The notes under the pieces are model-generated. The model searched no databases. It had not been told where the DNA came from and saw nothing but the letters and a program-made list of their open reading frames with translations. From a virus (Duplodnaviria; Caudoviricetes): a stretch of 64,000 bases of DNA. Position 1 is the stretch's first letter. Every line of letters begins with the position of its first letter. Shown here in pieces: positions 1 to 10,665 of the stretch. The position numbers and the translations under genes were made by a program. The DNA is taken from the IMG/VR virus record IMGVR_UViG_3300037310_000564, positions 1 to 64,000 of that record; one strand, written 5' to 3'.

Positions 1-2371
1 CCAGTTCAAAAAGCGTATTCCTGGCTTCGGCTGTCCCAGTAATATAAAAAGGATATGCGCTACCATCGACTCCTGGAGCATATGGGGAATTGGTGTGGAT
101 ATATTGCACCACACTGCCAATACTGTGCGAAAATTTAAATTTATAGGCTGGATCTATAAGTATTTGATTTGATCCAGGATTTTCAATTACTGCAAAAAAC
201 CGAATTGGCCCTTCAAAAGTATCTTTCCCATAATCAATAACAATATTTCCGGTCTGCGGAAGCTCTGTACCATCAGACGCCACTGTTGAATTAACCAGCA
301 AAGTTGAGAGGTTATCTCCCTGCAGAATAGTTTGGGTGGTACTAACCGCAATTTTGGAAACCGTGACGGTAGCTTGTTCACCGTCTGGGTCGTATATATA
401 AGGCCCAACATATTCTGGGTTTGAAGAAATTTGGGAATGAAGCATTGTGGCAGTAAGGCCGCTAAATACCCGCTCCGCATTATGAGTGGAGGTTTTATTT
501 AAAAAGTAAGATATTGTGCCGCCAAAAGATGCACTTCTGCGTCCAGAAACGGCTGTGATGATTGTTCCGCTTGGACCAACTCCTAATCCGGCAGAAAAGT
601 CCACCCTTACGCCGGACACACCCTTAACTTCCAATAACCTAAAGCGCAGTTGTTGTGCCAAATACGCCGAAACATCTGTTCCACCAAATGTATTGAAGCG
701 AAATAACATCCCTTCCACAAATACCGCCGCCTCTGCTGGTGTGGCAAAATCCATAAAGAAATCAGCACCATTAGCTTGAAAGGCGCTATATTGCTCAACT
801 GTCACTGGACCAAATGCCACGCCAGAATAAACCTTATCTACGCCTGAAGAGTCCTTAATGCGAAACAGGACTTCATTCTTATTAAGGACCTTAACCACAA
901 ACTGTTCTTTGTTGAGGTCGGTATTAAGAATGTTGCCGCTGGAAACAGCTCCTGATAAGGTGAATCCCCAGAAATTATCTAATCCATGGCTATAATTAGG
1001 GAAAGTCAAAATAAAATCAGAAGAGTCAACATTGCAAAAAATTGGATCGGTACCAACAACTGTTGCGGTGGTGTATGGAAGAATGGATAAGGATGGGTCA
1101 CCAGTCTCTAATGTGTAGGTTGGCTGAGTAAGACTGGAATCAACCAGTGTTGTGCCATAATAAGGCTTCCTAAAATCATACCGAAAGAAAGAATTTTTTA
1201 ATACAAACCTGTTAACGCCATCAGGCTTATCAGCGTCGGTTCCAAGTTGGATTTTAATAGTGTTACGGGTAAAGTCCAATACCTGAGACTCAGCTCCATG
1301 TAAGTGCGCAGAACCAACCAAGAATCTTCTACCCAAAGGAGGAACAGCAGGCACCGTGAGAGTGATCGTCGAATCGTCCGTCTCGCTTGTAAACGCAAAC
1401 TCATCCCTGTCATAAATAAGTGCAAACTCCTGAGAGGTTATGACCAAATTATTATTTGCTACAGTGAGTGAAGCAGATAGATAATCGAACGCGTCATTCC
1501 TGATTACAAAATAGTCATACCCAACGTCTACTAGCTGATATGACCCATTAAGCAAACTAAAATTAAATGCCCCATCTGTCAATCCTCGAATGGTGAGCAA
1601 ATCCCCAGCCCTAGACTTGAACACTTCCGGGTTTGTGCCAACGCCATTCCACGTAAATGTAGTTACATCAGATAAAACTGATGTTTTGGTGATATTCCAA
1701 ACACTGCCGGCTAAAATGTTTGTATCTGATATTGTTGGGAATTTTAATAAATTTTGAAGGGATCCACCAGCAATTCGTATTTTAGAAACGCTACCGCTGG
1801 TATTAGATGTAATACGCAAAAAATACTGACTAGTCGACTTATCCACAAACTCATCTGCTAGCACTAATGATTGGTTGCTGTTTATTACAGCAGCAATTTC
1901 TGCAGGAGTTACTTGTGTTAAATCAGCTACTTGTCCAGACAAAACCGAAATTGTTACCAACCCAGACTCAGTCTCAAAAATGATATTGTCGCCATTAACC
2001 AAGGAGTATGGTCCTGGGAGTGCCGACACAAAACCGGCCCTTGTTCTTTCTCCCAAATAGAAGGCCTTGATTAGGTCGTCTAAGGTATTCCTTACCTGTT
2101 TAGGATTGGATACCATAATAGGCACTAGCGCTCGGTAAGCTCTAATGTCCAAGCCGCTATTGGCAGGCATGGTAAAGCCTTCCTGCTCACCCAACTGAAT
2201 CAAAAACCTACCGGTGGCTGTCTGTAAAAACAGCTGATCAATACAGGCCTGCGCCAACTCTTCCAGCTCTTGAACATTGGCATTAATTGCATTGATAATG
2301 GCCGGAATGTTTTTACCAGTGGTATTTAGCCAATCCGGCGGTAAGTATTTTTTAATATCGTGGACTGTCAT
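1..2371 (-). CDS. Baseplate wedge subunit (P2 gpI / T4 gp7-like position), 3'-truncated by window edge
   Basis: Not in the ORF track. ATG at 2371 gives MTVHDIKKYLPPDWLNTTGKNIPAIINAINANVQELEELAQACIDQLFLQTATGRFLIQLG..., and the same frame is still open at the window start (I read both ends, not every codon between). It lies directly downstream of the baseplate-J-like gene; the N-terminal '..QLFLQTATGRFL..LG' pattern is typical of gpI-like wedge proteins. Confidence 0.7.
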   Translation of the reverse strand, partial: MTVHDIKKYLPPDWLNTTGKNIPAIINAINANVQELEELAQACIDQLFLQTATGRFLIQLGEQEGFTMPANSGLDIRAYRALVPIMVSNPKQVRNTLDDLIKAFYLGERTRAGFVSALPGPYSLVNGDNIIFETESGLVTISVLSGQVADLTQVTPAEIAAVINSNQSLVLADEFVDKSTSQYFLRITSNTSGSVSKIRIAGGSLQNLLKFPTISDTNILAGSVWNITKTSVLSDVTTFTWNGVGTNPEVFKSRAGDLLTIRGLTDGAFNFSLLNGSYQLVDVGYDYFVIRNDAFDYLSASLTVANNNLVITSQEFALIYDRDEFAFTSETDDSTITLTVPAVPPLGRRFLVGSAHLHGAESQVLDFTRNTIKIQLGTDADKPDGVNRFVLKNSFFRYDFRKPYYGTTLVDSSLTQPTYTLETGDPSLSILPYTTATVVGTDPIFCNVDSSDFILTFPNYSHGLDNFWGFTLSGAVSSGNILNTDLNKEQFVVKVLNKNEVLFRIKDSSGVDKVYSGVAFGPVTVEQYSAFQANGADFFMDFATPAEAAVFVEGMLFRFNTFGGTDVSAYLAQQLRFRLLEVKGVSGVRVDFSAGLGVGPSGTIITAVSGRRSASFGGTISYFLNKTSTHNAERVFSGLTATMLHSQISSNPEYVGPYIYDPDGEQATVTVSKIAVSTTQTILQGDNLSTLLVNSTVASDGTELPQTGNIVIDYGKDTFEGPIRFFAVIENPGSNQILIDPAYKFKFSHSIGSVVQYIHTNSPYAPGVDGSAYPFYITGTAEARNTLFEL

Positions 2372-2376
2372 ACCGC

Positions 2377-5300
2377 TTATCCAACCGAAATGCTTTCTGT
2401 GATGTCTAGTACCAATGCTTTTTCGTTATCTGCCACAACAATCCTGTCGTCCGTTGCTGCCGGCAATGTGCTAATAATCGTAACACTAAACACACCAGGA
2501 AGAGATTGAACGACACGAACAATCTCAGAAAGCACAACCGGCTTACCTTCTCCCAATGAATTTATGTAGTTAGCAACGGTGGACTGAATCAACTCTGAAA
2601 TACTATTCAAGGTAACACCGTCTTTTGGCCTAACTTGCAAATCCATTTGAATGCTGCGGATAATTGGTGGCAATACCTCCACCTGGGCTCCGGCCGCCTT
2701 AACGCCTGGATATAGCACAGTATTTGTGGGCAATCCATCGATGATCCTGTGAGCTTCCTGCACTAGCCCGGCATAGACTTTATATCCATCAATGCCTTGA
2801 AATGTTTGCTCTAAATACCCGGCTTTTCCAAAAACTTCAATTTGCGTTCCAAAGGTATCAGAAAATTTAGAGTCAGCAATTTTTGGTACTAAAAACACTT
2901 CTGCATGAGCAGGATTGAGTGGCGACACTGCTTGGCCAGACACATGCCTTATTACTTCAAAAGGAGTTCCTTCAACAAAACCAATCGATTTGTCATTCGA
3001 TCCAACCAGAAATGAATTAATGTGGGTATTGCTGCTATCTGTCACAGAGATTGGGGCATTAGGGAACACAAAATCCACATAAGGACATATATTGGCCGCC
3101 AAAGCCGTTCCTGATGTAGTGGTGTGTGGCAAAGCTGCGCCAGTATAATCTATTCCTTGATAGCCAATTTTGGAAATCTCCCATGATCCAAAGAACGATG
3201 AGTTAAACCATTGAGAGTTAACGGAAGGTGTTGAAATCCTTAGCCTATCGCCAATTCTAACACATTCGCTAGCCAAAATTCTAACAGATCGAGTAATACC
3301 ATTGTTTAATGGTCCAACTCGCCACTTACGATCCCCGGTGCCACCATTGGCCAAATTATTGGTATCTAAAATCTCATCTTGCCCATCTGGGTTATAAAAA
3401 ATAATATGGTTTCTGCCGTTATGGGCGACAATCCTGAATGTTCCTGTGTTGGCGGCATCAAAACCTTCAGATAACACCAAAAAGTCGTCAGTACCAACAC
3501 TCATCATGTCTAGCTTCATGTCATCCGTGGCCTCGGTGGAGGAGTTCTGCATCCACAATGACATGAAGCCGCTTCCCAAAGCCTTTATTAAGAAATAGGC
3601 CTGATTGTTATTAATGATTGAGTCAAAAGAAGTGCCTTCTTGGTGATTTGTCCTAATATTCTTTTCATTCCAAACACTTGGCAAAAACACCAAATCAGTC
3701 GCCGCACCAACCGTAATTGTAGAAAAATTGGTGATACTTGGAGCTAAGATCACAATATTATTGTCATTAATAACATGAACAACAGGGAATCCTAAATACT
3801 CTGGTTTGGTTCCATCGGTTAATCCCGTGACTGGTATTTCCTTGCAGCGATGATCGATTGTAAAGTTGGTGGCCAATGGTTGAATATACATCTGATCACC
3901 AACACGGGCCGCCAATTTGCCAGTACCTGCACCACCACCGGCTTGAGCTGAAGTTACCTGAACTAGTCCACTGCCTAAGTTAGTAAATTGAATGGTGTTG
4001 TTAACGCCTAATGGCTCTGTTTGAGATGGGCCCATGCCATTTCTCAAAAAGATCAATCTTCCTGTGTTGTTATCAACCCTAATATATTTTAAGGCCGTTG
4101 TTTGTCGGAAAAATGTGTTTATTTCCGTGGTGTTAGATGTAGTAATGCTGGCACCTGTTGGCGTTACTCGATACGGCCTTTGAATTTCTGACGCAATTTG
4201 GTTTTTCAGCTTAATCATTGCGTTTTTCACAACAGCCTTGGCATCAGCATTTAAAACACTGACTATAATCGCATTCTCATTGGAGGTGGCATTCCCCAGT
4301 ACCGCCGAGGATATTTTGTTGGCAGTTACGCCGGTAATTTTGACACCGCCAGTCGATCCATCCTGCTTACTGCTGATTTGCAAAACATCATCAGACTGAA
4401 TTCTCTCTATATTAGAGAGCAAGCTTAATGACGAGGCGGCATTAAAACTAAGCCACCTAGCCAAAGTTTTGGTGTTAGTGGGCACAATATAGACCACTTC
4501 ATTAATTGGCGTATATGAAGTGCCGGATGCCTCTGCTGTTGTTGGATAAATAGAATCAACACTTTGAACAGTGGCCTTAATATTGTTTAATGAGGCGTTG
4601 GAAGAGTCATATTGCCAAATACCGGCTGATCCTGAGTATTTACATCCAAATGCATGATGAGAAAACGCTCCAGAAATGTCTGATCCGGTATAGGCCGAGG
4701 CGGCAGGATAAATTTCGTAGGTAGCCTTTGCAATAAAGGTGGTGGCCAAGCTAGATCCGGTGGCTGTTGCCGTGGCTACTGGGAATGATGGATTGTAGTC
4801 ATTAATGGCCGTAGCTAATTCTGTTAAGGTTTTGTCTACTAAATCCCATGACCTTACCGGTGCAGAGGCGGCATTAAAGAGTGCAGAAGGGGCAAGACCA
4901 CCAGATCCTGGTGCCTTAATAGTAACTGATCCACCAGACACTGAGGTTAGGTTGCCTGAAGCGGCTGGAGAGGCGGCTGAGGCGTTGTAATTAAAAGTGT
5001 TTACGTTGATTACGGTAATTGCGGCTCCAGTCACAGAAAGATTGGACGCCGAAATGCCACCAATTGCAGAAGCGGTGGATACGTTAATTAAATCATTGGT
5101 TTGGAATCCGTGTGAAGTTTGTACTAACTGCACTACAGTTGATCCGTTGGTCGTTGTTGCAGCAACGCTTGCATAATTGACTACTGGTCGGTCAATTAAA
5201 TCTATAATGCCGCCGCCAGTAGCTGTGGCAGCTGCACCGGCCACATAAGAGAAAGTGTTGGCGTCAATGCGTGTTATGGCCGTGTTTGACTGGGATAGGT

Positions 5301-8300
5301 CAATGGCTGAAATACCACCAATAGCGGTGGAGGTGGTGACGTTGACCAAGTTTCCAGTCTGAAGACCATGTCCTGCAAATATCACTGTGACAACTGAGCT
5401 TAGGTTTGTTGTGTTACCAGATGCACTATTTAAAGTAATGGCTGGTCGAGTTACCGTACTGATGGTTCCCGTGTTGGATGGTGCGGAAGCGGATGCTATG
5501 TAGCTAAAATTATTGGCGTCAATAAAAGTTATGGCAGTACCAAGCTGTGAAAGGTTGGCAAATGGAATGCCGCCAATGTCAGCTCCCGCAATTACATCGA
5601 CAAGATCGCCGCTAAGGAATCCGTGCCCAACCTGAGCAACCGATACGACGTTACTACCTGGGGTTGTGGTGGCAACTGGGTTGGCCCAAGTATTATACGT
5701 AGAAGAGAGTATCTTATAAGAGCTTGATAATGCTGAGCTTCCTGAGATGTTCAGTATATTGCCTGCCTGATACACCAATCCAGCATTGAATGATCCACCG
5801 GCCGTAATTCGCCAATCATATAGTGTGCCGGATGCAGTCGCCACGATTTTATATGATCCTGTGGACAGTAGTGATCCAGCTATTAAGGATTGTGAAGGCA
5901 ATGAAACAATGAGGTTTAATCTCGCTACATTATTGAGAAAATCATTAGAATGAGAAATAACAAAATCAGCAACGTCAGGTTCGGCAGCATACTGAACCAT
6001 CATTCTGAGTTGATGTGCCGCTCCATAGCTAGTTGACCGCAACACAACAACACGATCCGAAACGTCTTCACGATACAAACCAACAGACTTAGTGAGGATT
6101 TTAAAATCAGAGAAGTCAAAGGCCTTATAAACACTGGTATTGTCAAAGAACGGTTTATCGGAATCGTCAGGATCTTTTAATCTGAAAGAAATAACTTGAC
6201 CCTTTCCGGATCCGGCAATGGAATCAATATCTTGTATTTTTGCAATTTTAGAAAGCTGTATTGCAACAGTTTTGTCGATCGGGTTTAGGTCAAGCTCTAA
6301 AACCAATTTGTCGTGGTTGTTTATACCTAAGTCCCTAAACCTTAACCCATAATTGGCATACCTATTTAATGTGTCAGGGCTGGTTTGTTCTGTGTCTGAA
6401 GTGTTTAATGGCCTAATGGAGTCAGTGCCTGACAATATGCCAGTGTAAGGTGATGCCACCTGGTTATTATAAACACGGGCAGAAAGTCCGGACGCTCTTC
6501 CGGTCAGCCACATGTGCTGAAAACCTTCAGGATATGCACCGGAAAATGACGTTGGTTGATTTATGGCCGGATTGGCAGCGGCATCCAATATGTCCGTAAG
6601 ATCTTTATCAATTTTAAGATATGTCCTGGTTGGATAGCCACTTAAAGATGATGTTGGCAATGGAATGTCCGTAACAACCGGCTGCCCTGCTTGAGTATAG
6701 CCACTGCTACTAAAAGCCGCATGGGCTTGGATGCTCGAGGCTACTCCTGTGTCAATTAGGTCATCGGCCGTTCCCACTGTTGCCAATACCGCCACTGTGC
6801 CGTTTTCATAATCACCAGAGCGAATTTCTGCTTGTTGGGGAGATAACTTAATAGCGTAACCACCAGCAATTGCAGAGTTTATTGCAGACACCACTTGATC
6901 AACAGTGGCGGTACTAATAGCGCCAAAATCAACTAGTTGTGGCTGGGATGTAGATCTGAAGAGGTTAATCATGTCGGCCGTAATAGATTGTGCCGCCGAT
7001 AAAAGAGGCGTCCATCCAACCAGTTGTGGACTAGACACTTCAAATTCTATCCAAGTGTCAGCAATGTACACCAATGAGTCAATGGTCCCTGTTGCCGGCA
7101 CAGGAGGGAAGGTGCCCATTGCCGCTAATGCGCGGAATCTATAGGCATTGATGCTGGTGACTTCAATGGGGGCGGCAGTAACAGACAGATTGGCATTAGA
7201 GATGGCCGCAAACCCGGTAGTCACAGTTGTATTGATTAAGGCTCCGGAAGAAAATCCGTGGTTACTTTGAGTAACAATAATGATATTTGTTCCAGTATTG
7301 GCCAACAAACCTGAAGACGCGGAAGTGGCGGCGGCCAAAGCAGTATACTGAAACGTCCCAGAACTAAGAACTGTGACAGGCACGTTGCTGACAGACAGGT
7401 TGGCTCCAGAGATACCGCCAATGGCTGTTGCTGTAGATACTGAAATCAAATCACCAGTTTGTAGTGTGTGATCTGTCCAAGTTACCGTAACTATTGATGA
7501 ATCTTTTTTTGTGGCTGCGGTCAGAGATGCGGCAGTATAACCGGTTGCTCCAGAAAGGGCTGTATAAGTTTGGTTAGTGGCAAATTTATGGTTGCCCACT
7601 GCCTTTATTCTGTAAAATCCCTCAACATCTGAGGTCCATGACGGTACTGCCGTGGTGTCTTTAATCAAATACAACCAGTCACCAACCTCAGCATTCTCAA
7701 AAACATCTACGGCATTGCATGATAAGCGAATAATATTACTGGCATTTACTGCGTCAGGGAGTGATGGAGTAAAGGTGGAGCTGGATGGCACAACAACTTC
7801 TCTAATTGCAAACTGTCCATCAAAACCCAATACCATTCTGGCATTACCAACTGCGGCTGATGAGGACAGTGTGTAAAGTCCAGTCGAAGCTTTGTTTGTT
7901 CTTAAAAATGCCCTGGTCGATCTATTGCCAATTTCAATTGTTGATCCTGAGTCGGGTTTTTCAGACAGGTTGATTTCGCCGGTAAATCGATTTAATTTAA
8001 AGTTTTTTGCAAACCCTGTGTCTTTAAGGATTCCACCGGCCGTGGAAGGGAGCCACATTTTAGTTGCGCCAACCCATCCAGCTGGTGTCCCGTCAGCTTT
8101 TGTTTCCAATATCTCTAATGATCCTGAAGGACTAAATGTTTGGTACGTACTCCAAACCAAAATTTGGCCTGATACGGTGAATTTAACACCCGCAATTTTG
8201 CGAGAAAGTACTGTGGCCCATTGAGTGATTGTTGCTGTTGTGATGTTGCTGGAAAATTCAGTAAAGTCAGCATCTACAATGGTTATAGTCTGAATGACGC

Positions 8301-9843
8301 CATCCACGGAAACTCTCACATTCGTGAGATCTCCAGAGTTAAATGTCCAAGCGTTGCGCTCTCGGGTTGATAATGTGGCTGTATGTCCACGAAAAGATTG
8401 TAGTTTTGAGTTAATGTATAAAAATATGGGCCGTAGTTCTGCAGTTGGAAGTCCCAAAATGGTTTGGAGATCCCCGAGCTCAATTCGCATTATTTCTGCG
8501 TTACCGGACAAATCAATGGCCGCGATCCTTTTGCCACCATCTAAAGTCCGAAAACCAATAATATTACTTTGACTGTTTAGATCACGAACCACCTCATATG
8601 CGGTGGCGCTATTTAAGTTTTTATAATTACTGGCATTTATTTGGTATGTCTCAACAACCTCATCCAAATGCATCACAATAGTTTGACCATCAGTCAAAAC
8701 AAAAGGGCCACTATTGCTCCCTTCTGCCACCGAGGCGGTCATTGGTGATTGAGCAGATCTAAATCTTGTTTCCTGTCCAGAGGCAGACTGTAATAACAAT
8801 TCATAACTTTGAGTTAGAAAGGTTGGCTCTAGGCCCACACCATCATCTATATATATACGAGCCAGATCACCAGCCTCAACCGGAGGCAACAATACAGAGG
8901 ACTGGATTGTTCTGCCGGTAGAAGGGTCAGACGCGCCCTGAATGGCTGCCAACAAGGCGGCACTGGTTCCTCTAGATAGAGTGGCGGGATAAGTCTTAAT
9001 TCTTTGCCGCAGATCTTCGTCGTTTTCTGAGGATCGCCCGTTAGTAAAACTGGTAACGTTAGTGACTGTGGCACCAGCAAAGGGCTCTGAGTTAAATGAC
9101 TTGATTGCTCCGGCCAATACATTGCCGGCCTCTCCTGTTTGTGTACACACAACCGGCACATCAACTTCTGACTCACCATCAAACAAAGTCGCTGCCTGGG
9201 TTGTGGTGAACTGAATGGCAGGACTTTCAGAGTTGGCAGGTACCAAAATAGTAGTTCCTGCGTCCACTACGCGGTCACCACCCTGGGCCACAACCACCAA
9301 ATCAGAATGTAAGTGTGATTTGGTTAGAGGATTGGAAAGGGTTAGGGTCCAGAACGAGCCATTGTTGGTAACAGAGCTGTAAGGGATTGGGCCTTCAAAA
9401 CGATCCACTGTTCCTCGGGCTAAATAAATGCTGCCAACAGATGGGAATGATTCAGCATTTTCAACAAACAAACTGGAAGACCCAGCAAACGGGGCGGGCT
9501 TTCCTGCATATAGTTTAGAGGATATTTTGCTAAAGCCGCTACCAATTCTTACTAAGTTTGCAGAGGCCCTTGCCGGCTTTCTGCCAACGCCACCTTCACC
9601 ATTAGGAAGCTTAATAGATTCGGCCTTTTGATCTAACTGATTGCCTGTTAGGTTCTCTAAAGCGGTCGACTGAAGGATTTTTAATTGCGACACCGCCAAT
9701 TGATAATGTGTCTGGGAAATAGCCTCAAATAGAGTAGCGGCATTACTGCCGGCGGCGAAGTCAGTAATGTCAGAATTATTCTTAAGTGCTCTAATTAACT
9801 GCCCTAAATACTGCTCTCTAGATTTAATAATAACATCAGCCAT
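2377..9843 (-). CDS. Giant baseplate J-like wedge protein (2488 aa) with a roughly 2000-aa internal insertion
   Basis: N-terminal baseplate-J pattern (DFAAGSNAATLFEA, LDQKAE, VVCTQTGEAGNV, NGRSSENDEDLRQRI) and C-terminal J domain (IQMDLQVRPKDG...NYINSLGEGKPVVLSEIVRVVQSLPGV). Confidence 0.85.
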   Translation of the reverse strand: MADVIIKSREQYLGQLIRALKNNSDITDFAAGSNAATLFEAISQTHYQLAVSQLKILQSTALENLTGNQLDQKAESIKLPNGEGGVGRKPARASANLVRIGSGFSKISSKLYAGKPAPFAGSSSLFVENAESFPSVGSIYLARGTVDRFEGPIPYSSVTNNGSFWTLTLSNPLTKSHLHSDLVVVAQGGDRVVDAGTTILVPANSESPAIQFTTTQAATLFDGESEVDVPVVCTQTGEAGNVLAGAIKSFNSEPFAGATVTNVTSFTNGRSSENDEDLRQRIKTYPATLSRGTSAALLAAIQGASDPSTGRTIQSSVLLPPVEAGDLARIYIDDGVGLEPTFLTQSYELLLQSASGQETRFRSAQSPMTASVAEGSNSGPFVLTDGQTIVMHLDEVVETYQINASNYKNLNSATAYEVVRDLNSQSNIIGFRTLDGGKRIAAIDLSGNAEIMRIELGDLQTILGLPTAELRPIFLYINSKLQSFRGHTATLSTRERNAWTFNSGDLTNVRVSVDGVIQTITIVDADFTEFSSNITTATITQWATVLSRKIAGVKFTVSGQILVWSTYQTFSPSGSLEILETKADGTPAGWVGATKMWLPSTAGGILKDTGFAKNFKLNRFTGEINLSEKPDSGSTIEIGNRSTRAFLRTNKASTGLYTLSSSAAVGNARMVLGFDGQFAIREVVVPSSSTFTPSLPDAVNASNIIRLSCNAVDVFENAEVGDWLYLIKDTTAVPSWTSDVEGFYRIKAVGNHKFATNQTYTALSGATGYTAASLTAATKKDSSIVTVTWTDHTLQTGDLISVSTATAIGGISGANLSVSNVPVTVLSSGTFQYTALAAATSASSGLLANTGTNIIIVTQSNHGFSSGALINTTVTTGFAAISNANLSVTAAPIEVTSINAYRFRALAAMGTFPPVPATGTIDSLVYIADTWIEFEVSSPQLVGWTPLLSAAQSITADMINLFRSTSQPQLVDFGAISTATVDQVVSAINSAIAGGYAIKLSPQQAEIRSGDYENGTVAVLATVGTADDLIDTGVASSIQAHAAFSSSGYTQAGQPVVTDIPLPTSSLSGYPTRTYLKIDKDLTDILDAAANPAINQPTSFSGAYPEGFQHMWLTGRASGLSARVYNNQVASPYTGILSGTDSIRPLNTSDTEQTSPDTLNRYANYGLRFRDLGINNHDKLVLELDLNPIDKTVAIQLSKIAKIQDIDSIAGSGKGQVISFRLKDPDDSDKPFFDNTSVYKAFDFSDFKILTKSVGLYREDVSDRVVVLRSTSYGAAHQLRMMVQYAAEPDVADFVISHSNDFLNNVARLNLIVSLPSQSLIAGSLLSTGSYKIVATASGTLYDWRITAGGSFNAGLVYQAGNILNISGSSALSSSYKILSSTYNTWANPVATTTPGSNVVSVAQVGHGFLSGDLVDVIAGADIGGIPFANLSQLGTAITFIDANNFSYIASASAPSNTGTISTVTRPAITLNSASGNTTNLSSVVTVIFAGHGLQTGNLVNVTTSTAIGGISAIDLSQSNTAITRIDANTFSYVAGAAATATGGGIIDLIDRPVVNYASVAATTTNGSTVVQLVQTSHGFQTNDLINVSTASAIGGISASNLSVTGAAITVINVNTFNYNASAASPAASGNLTSVSGGSVTIKAPGSGGLAPSALFNAASAPVRSWDLVDKTLTELATAINDYNPSFPVATATATGSSLATTFIAKATYEIYPAASAYTGSDISGAFSHHAFGCKYSGSAGIWQYDSSNASLNNIKATVQSVDSIYPTTAEASGTSYTPINEVVYIVPTNTKTLARWLSFNAASSLSLLSNIERIQSDDVLQISSKQDGSTGGVKITGVTANKISSAVLGNATSNENAIIVSVLNADAKAVVKNAMIKLKNQIASEIQRPYRVTPTGASITTSNTTEINTFFRQTTALKYIRVDNNTGRLIFLRNGMGPSQTEPLGVNNTIQFTNLGSGLVQVTSAQAGGGAGTGKLAARVGDQMYIQPLATNFTIDHRCKEIPVTGLTDGTKPEYLGFPVVHVINDNNIVILAPSITNFSTITVGAATDLVFLPSVWNEKNIRTNHQEGTSFDSIINNNQAYFLIKALGSGFMSLWMQNSSTEATDDMKLDMMSVGTDDFLVLSEGFDAANTGTFRIVAHNGRNHIIFYNPDGQDEILDTNNLANGGTGDRKWRVGPLNNGITRSVRILASECVRIGDRLRISTPSVNSQWFNSSFFGSWEISKIGYQGIDYTGAALPHTTTSGTALAANICPYVDFVFPNAPISVTDSSNTHINSFLVGSNDKSIGFVEGTPFEVIRHVSGQAVSPLNPAHAEVFLVPKIADSKFSDTFGTQIEVFGKAGYLEQTFQGIDGYKVYAGLVQEAHRIIDGLPTNTVLYPGVKAAGAQVEVLPPIIRSIQMDLQVRPKDGVTLNSISELIQSTVANYINSLGEGKPVVLSEIVRVVQSLPGVFSVTIISTLPAATDDRIVVADNEKALVLDITESISVG
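4985..7500 (-). repeat. Five ~55-aa beta-rich repeats (V-x-V-x3-H-[GT]-x3-G-[DAN]-L...GGIS..NLS) inside the baseplate-J-like protein
   Basis: Two copies at about 7140-7500 and three at about 4985-5660, read from the translation (e.g. VTVTWTDHTLQTGDLISV, VSVAQVGHGFLSGDLVDV, VTVIFAGHGLQTGNLVNV, VQLVQTSHGFQTNDLINV). Confidence 0.8.
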
Positions 9844-9925
9844 TTAGCACACCTTAGGTGATATTAACAATAAGCCAATGTTATTTTAACGTGATCGCAT
9901 GAGTTAGGAAAGCGGAGTTGATTAA

Positions 9926-9979
9926 TTATTGCCTATGGTCCGTGGCGTGGCTACAAATTCTAATTAAAAACCAATCCAT
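9926..9979 (-). CDS. Possible 17-aa small ORF (MDWFLIRICSHATDHRQ)
   Basis: Strong Shine-Dalgarno GGGGAG 5 nt before ATG 9979, just downstream of the mini-gene array. Confidence 0.3.
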   Translation of the reverse strand: MDWFLIRICSHATDHRQ

Positions 9980-10013
9980 AGACGCTCCCCAACAATAAAC
10001 AAATCTTAAATTT

Positions 10014-10241
10014 TCACTGCATATTCCTTATGCGATCCTCAATCTGATTTCCAATCTGATTCCTAATCTGATTCCCAACCTGATCCCAAACCTGATCCCT
10101 AATCTGATTCCCAACCTGATCCCAAACCTGATACCTAATCTGGTCCCAAACCTGATACCTAACCTGATCCCAAACCTGATCCATGACTCGCAAATTGGCC
10201 TGATGCCATACTTTAACTTTTTGTTTTTGTTTAGTTTTCAT
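10014..10241 (-). CDS. QVWD-repeat mini-protein, array unit 17 (last)
   Basis: MKTKQKQKVKVW leader plus xQ[VI][WRG] repeats; ends RNMQ*. Confidence 0.85.
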   Translation of the reverse strand: MKTKQKQKVKVWHQANLRVMDQVWDQVRYQVWDQIRYQVWDQVGNQIRDQVWDQVGNQIRNQIGNQIEDRIRNMQ

Positions 10242-10441
10242 TTGCTATTCCTAATCTGATTTCCAATCTGATCCCTAACCTGACCCCTAACCTGATCCCC
10301 AACCTGATGACAAATCTGATCACAAGCCTGATTCCAAAACTGATCCCAAACCTGATCCCAAGCCTGATCCCAAACCTGGCTCCAAACTTTCGATTTGGCC
10401 CGATCCCATACTTTAACTTTTTGTTTTTGTTTAGTTTTCAT
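10238..10441 (-). CDS. QVWD-repeat mini-protein, unit 16
   Basis: Constant leader, repeats, ATGA overlaps. Confidence 0.85.
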   Translation of the reverse strand: MKTKQKQKVKVWDRAKSKVWSQVWDQAWDQVWDQFWNQACDQICHQVGDQVRGQVRDQIGNQIRNSK

Positions 10442-10665
10442 TTGCGATTCTTTATGTGATCCTTCATCTTAGCCCTAACCTGAACCCCAACCCGCTCCCA
10501 AACCTGATCCCTAATCTGATCCCAAGTCGGATACCCAACCTGATTCTTAACCTGCTCCCAAACCTGATTCTTAACCTGCTCCCAAACCTGATCCCAAACT
10601 TGATACCTAGCTTGAAAACTGGCCCGATCCCACACTTTAACTTTTTGTTTTTGTTTATTTTTCAT
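10438..10665 (-). CDS. QVWD-repeat mini-protein, unit 15
   Basis: Constant leader, repeats, ATGA overlaps. Confidence 0.85.
   Translation of the reverse strand: MKNKQKQKVKVWDRASFQARYQVWDQVWEQVKNQVWEQVKNQVGYPTWDQIRDQVWERVGVQVRAKMKDHIKNRK

Noticed and set aside
187-2060. Short track ORFs at the window start
   Set aside because: They overlap the long minus-strand wedge ORF (1-2371) that the track missed because it runs off the edge.
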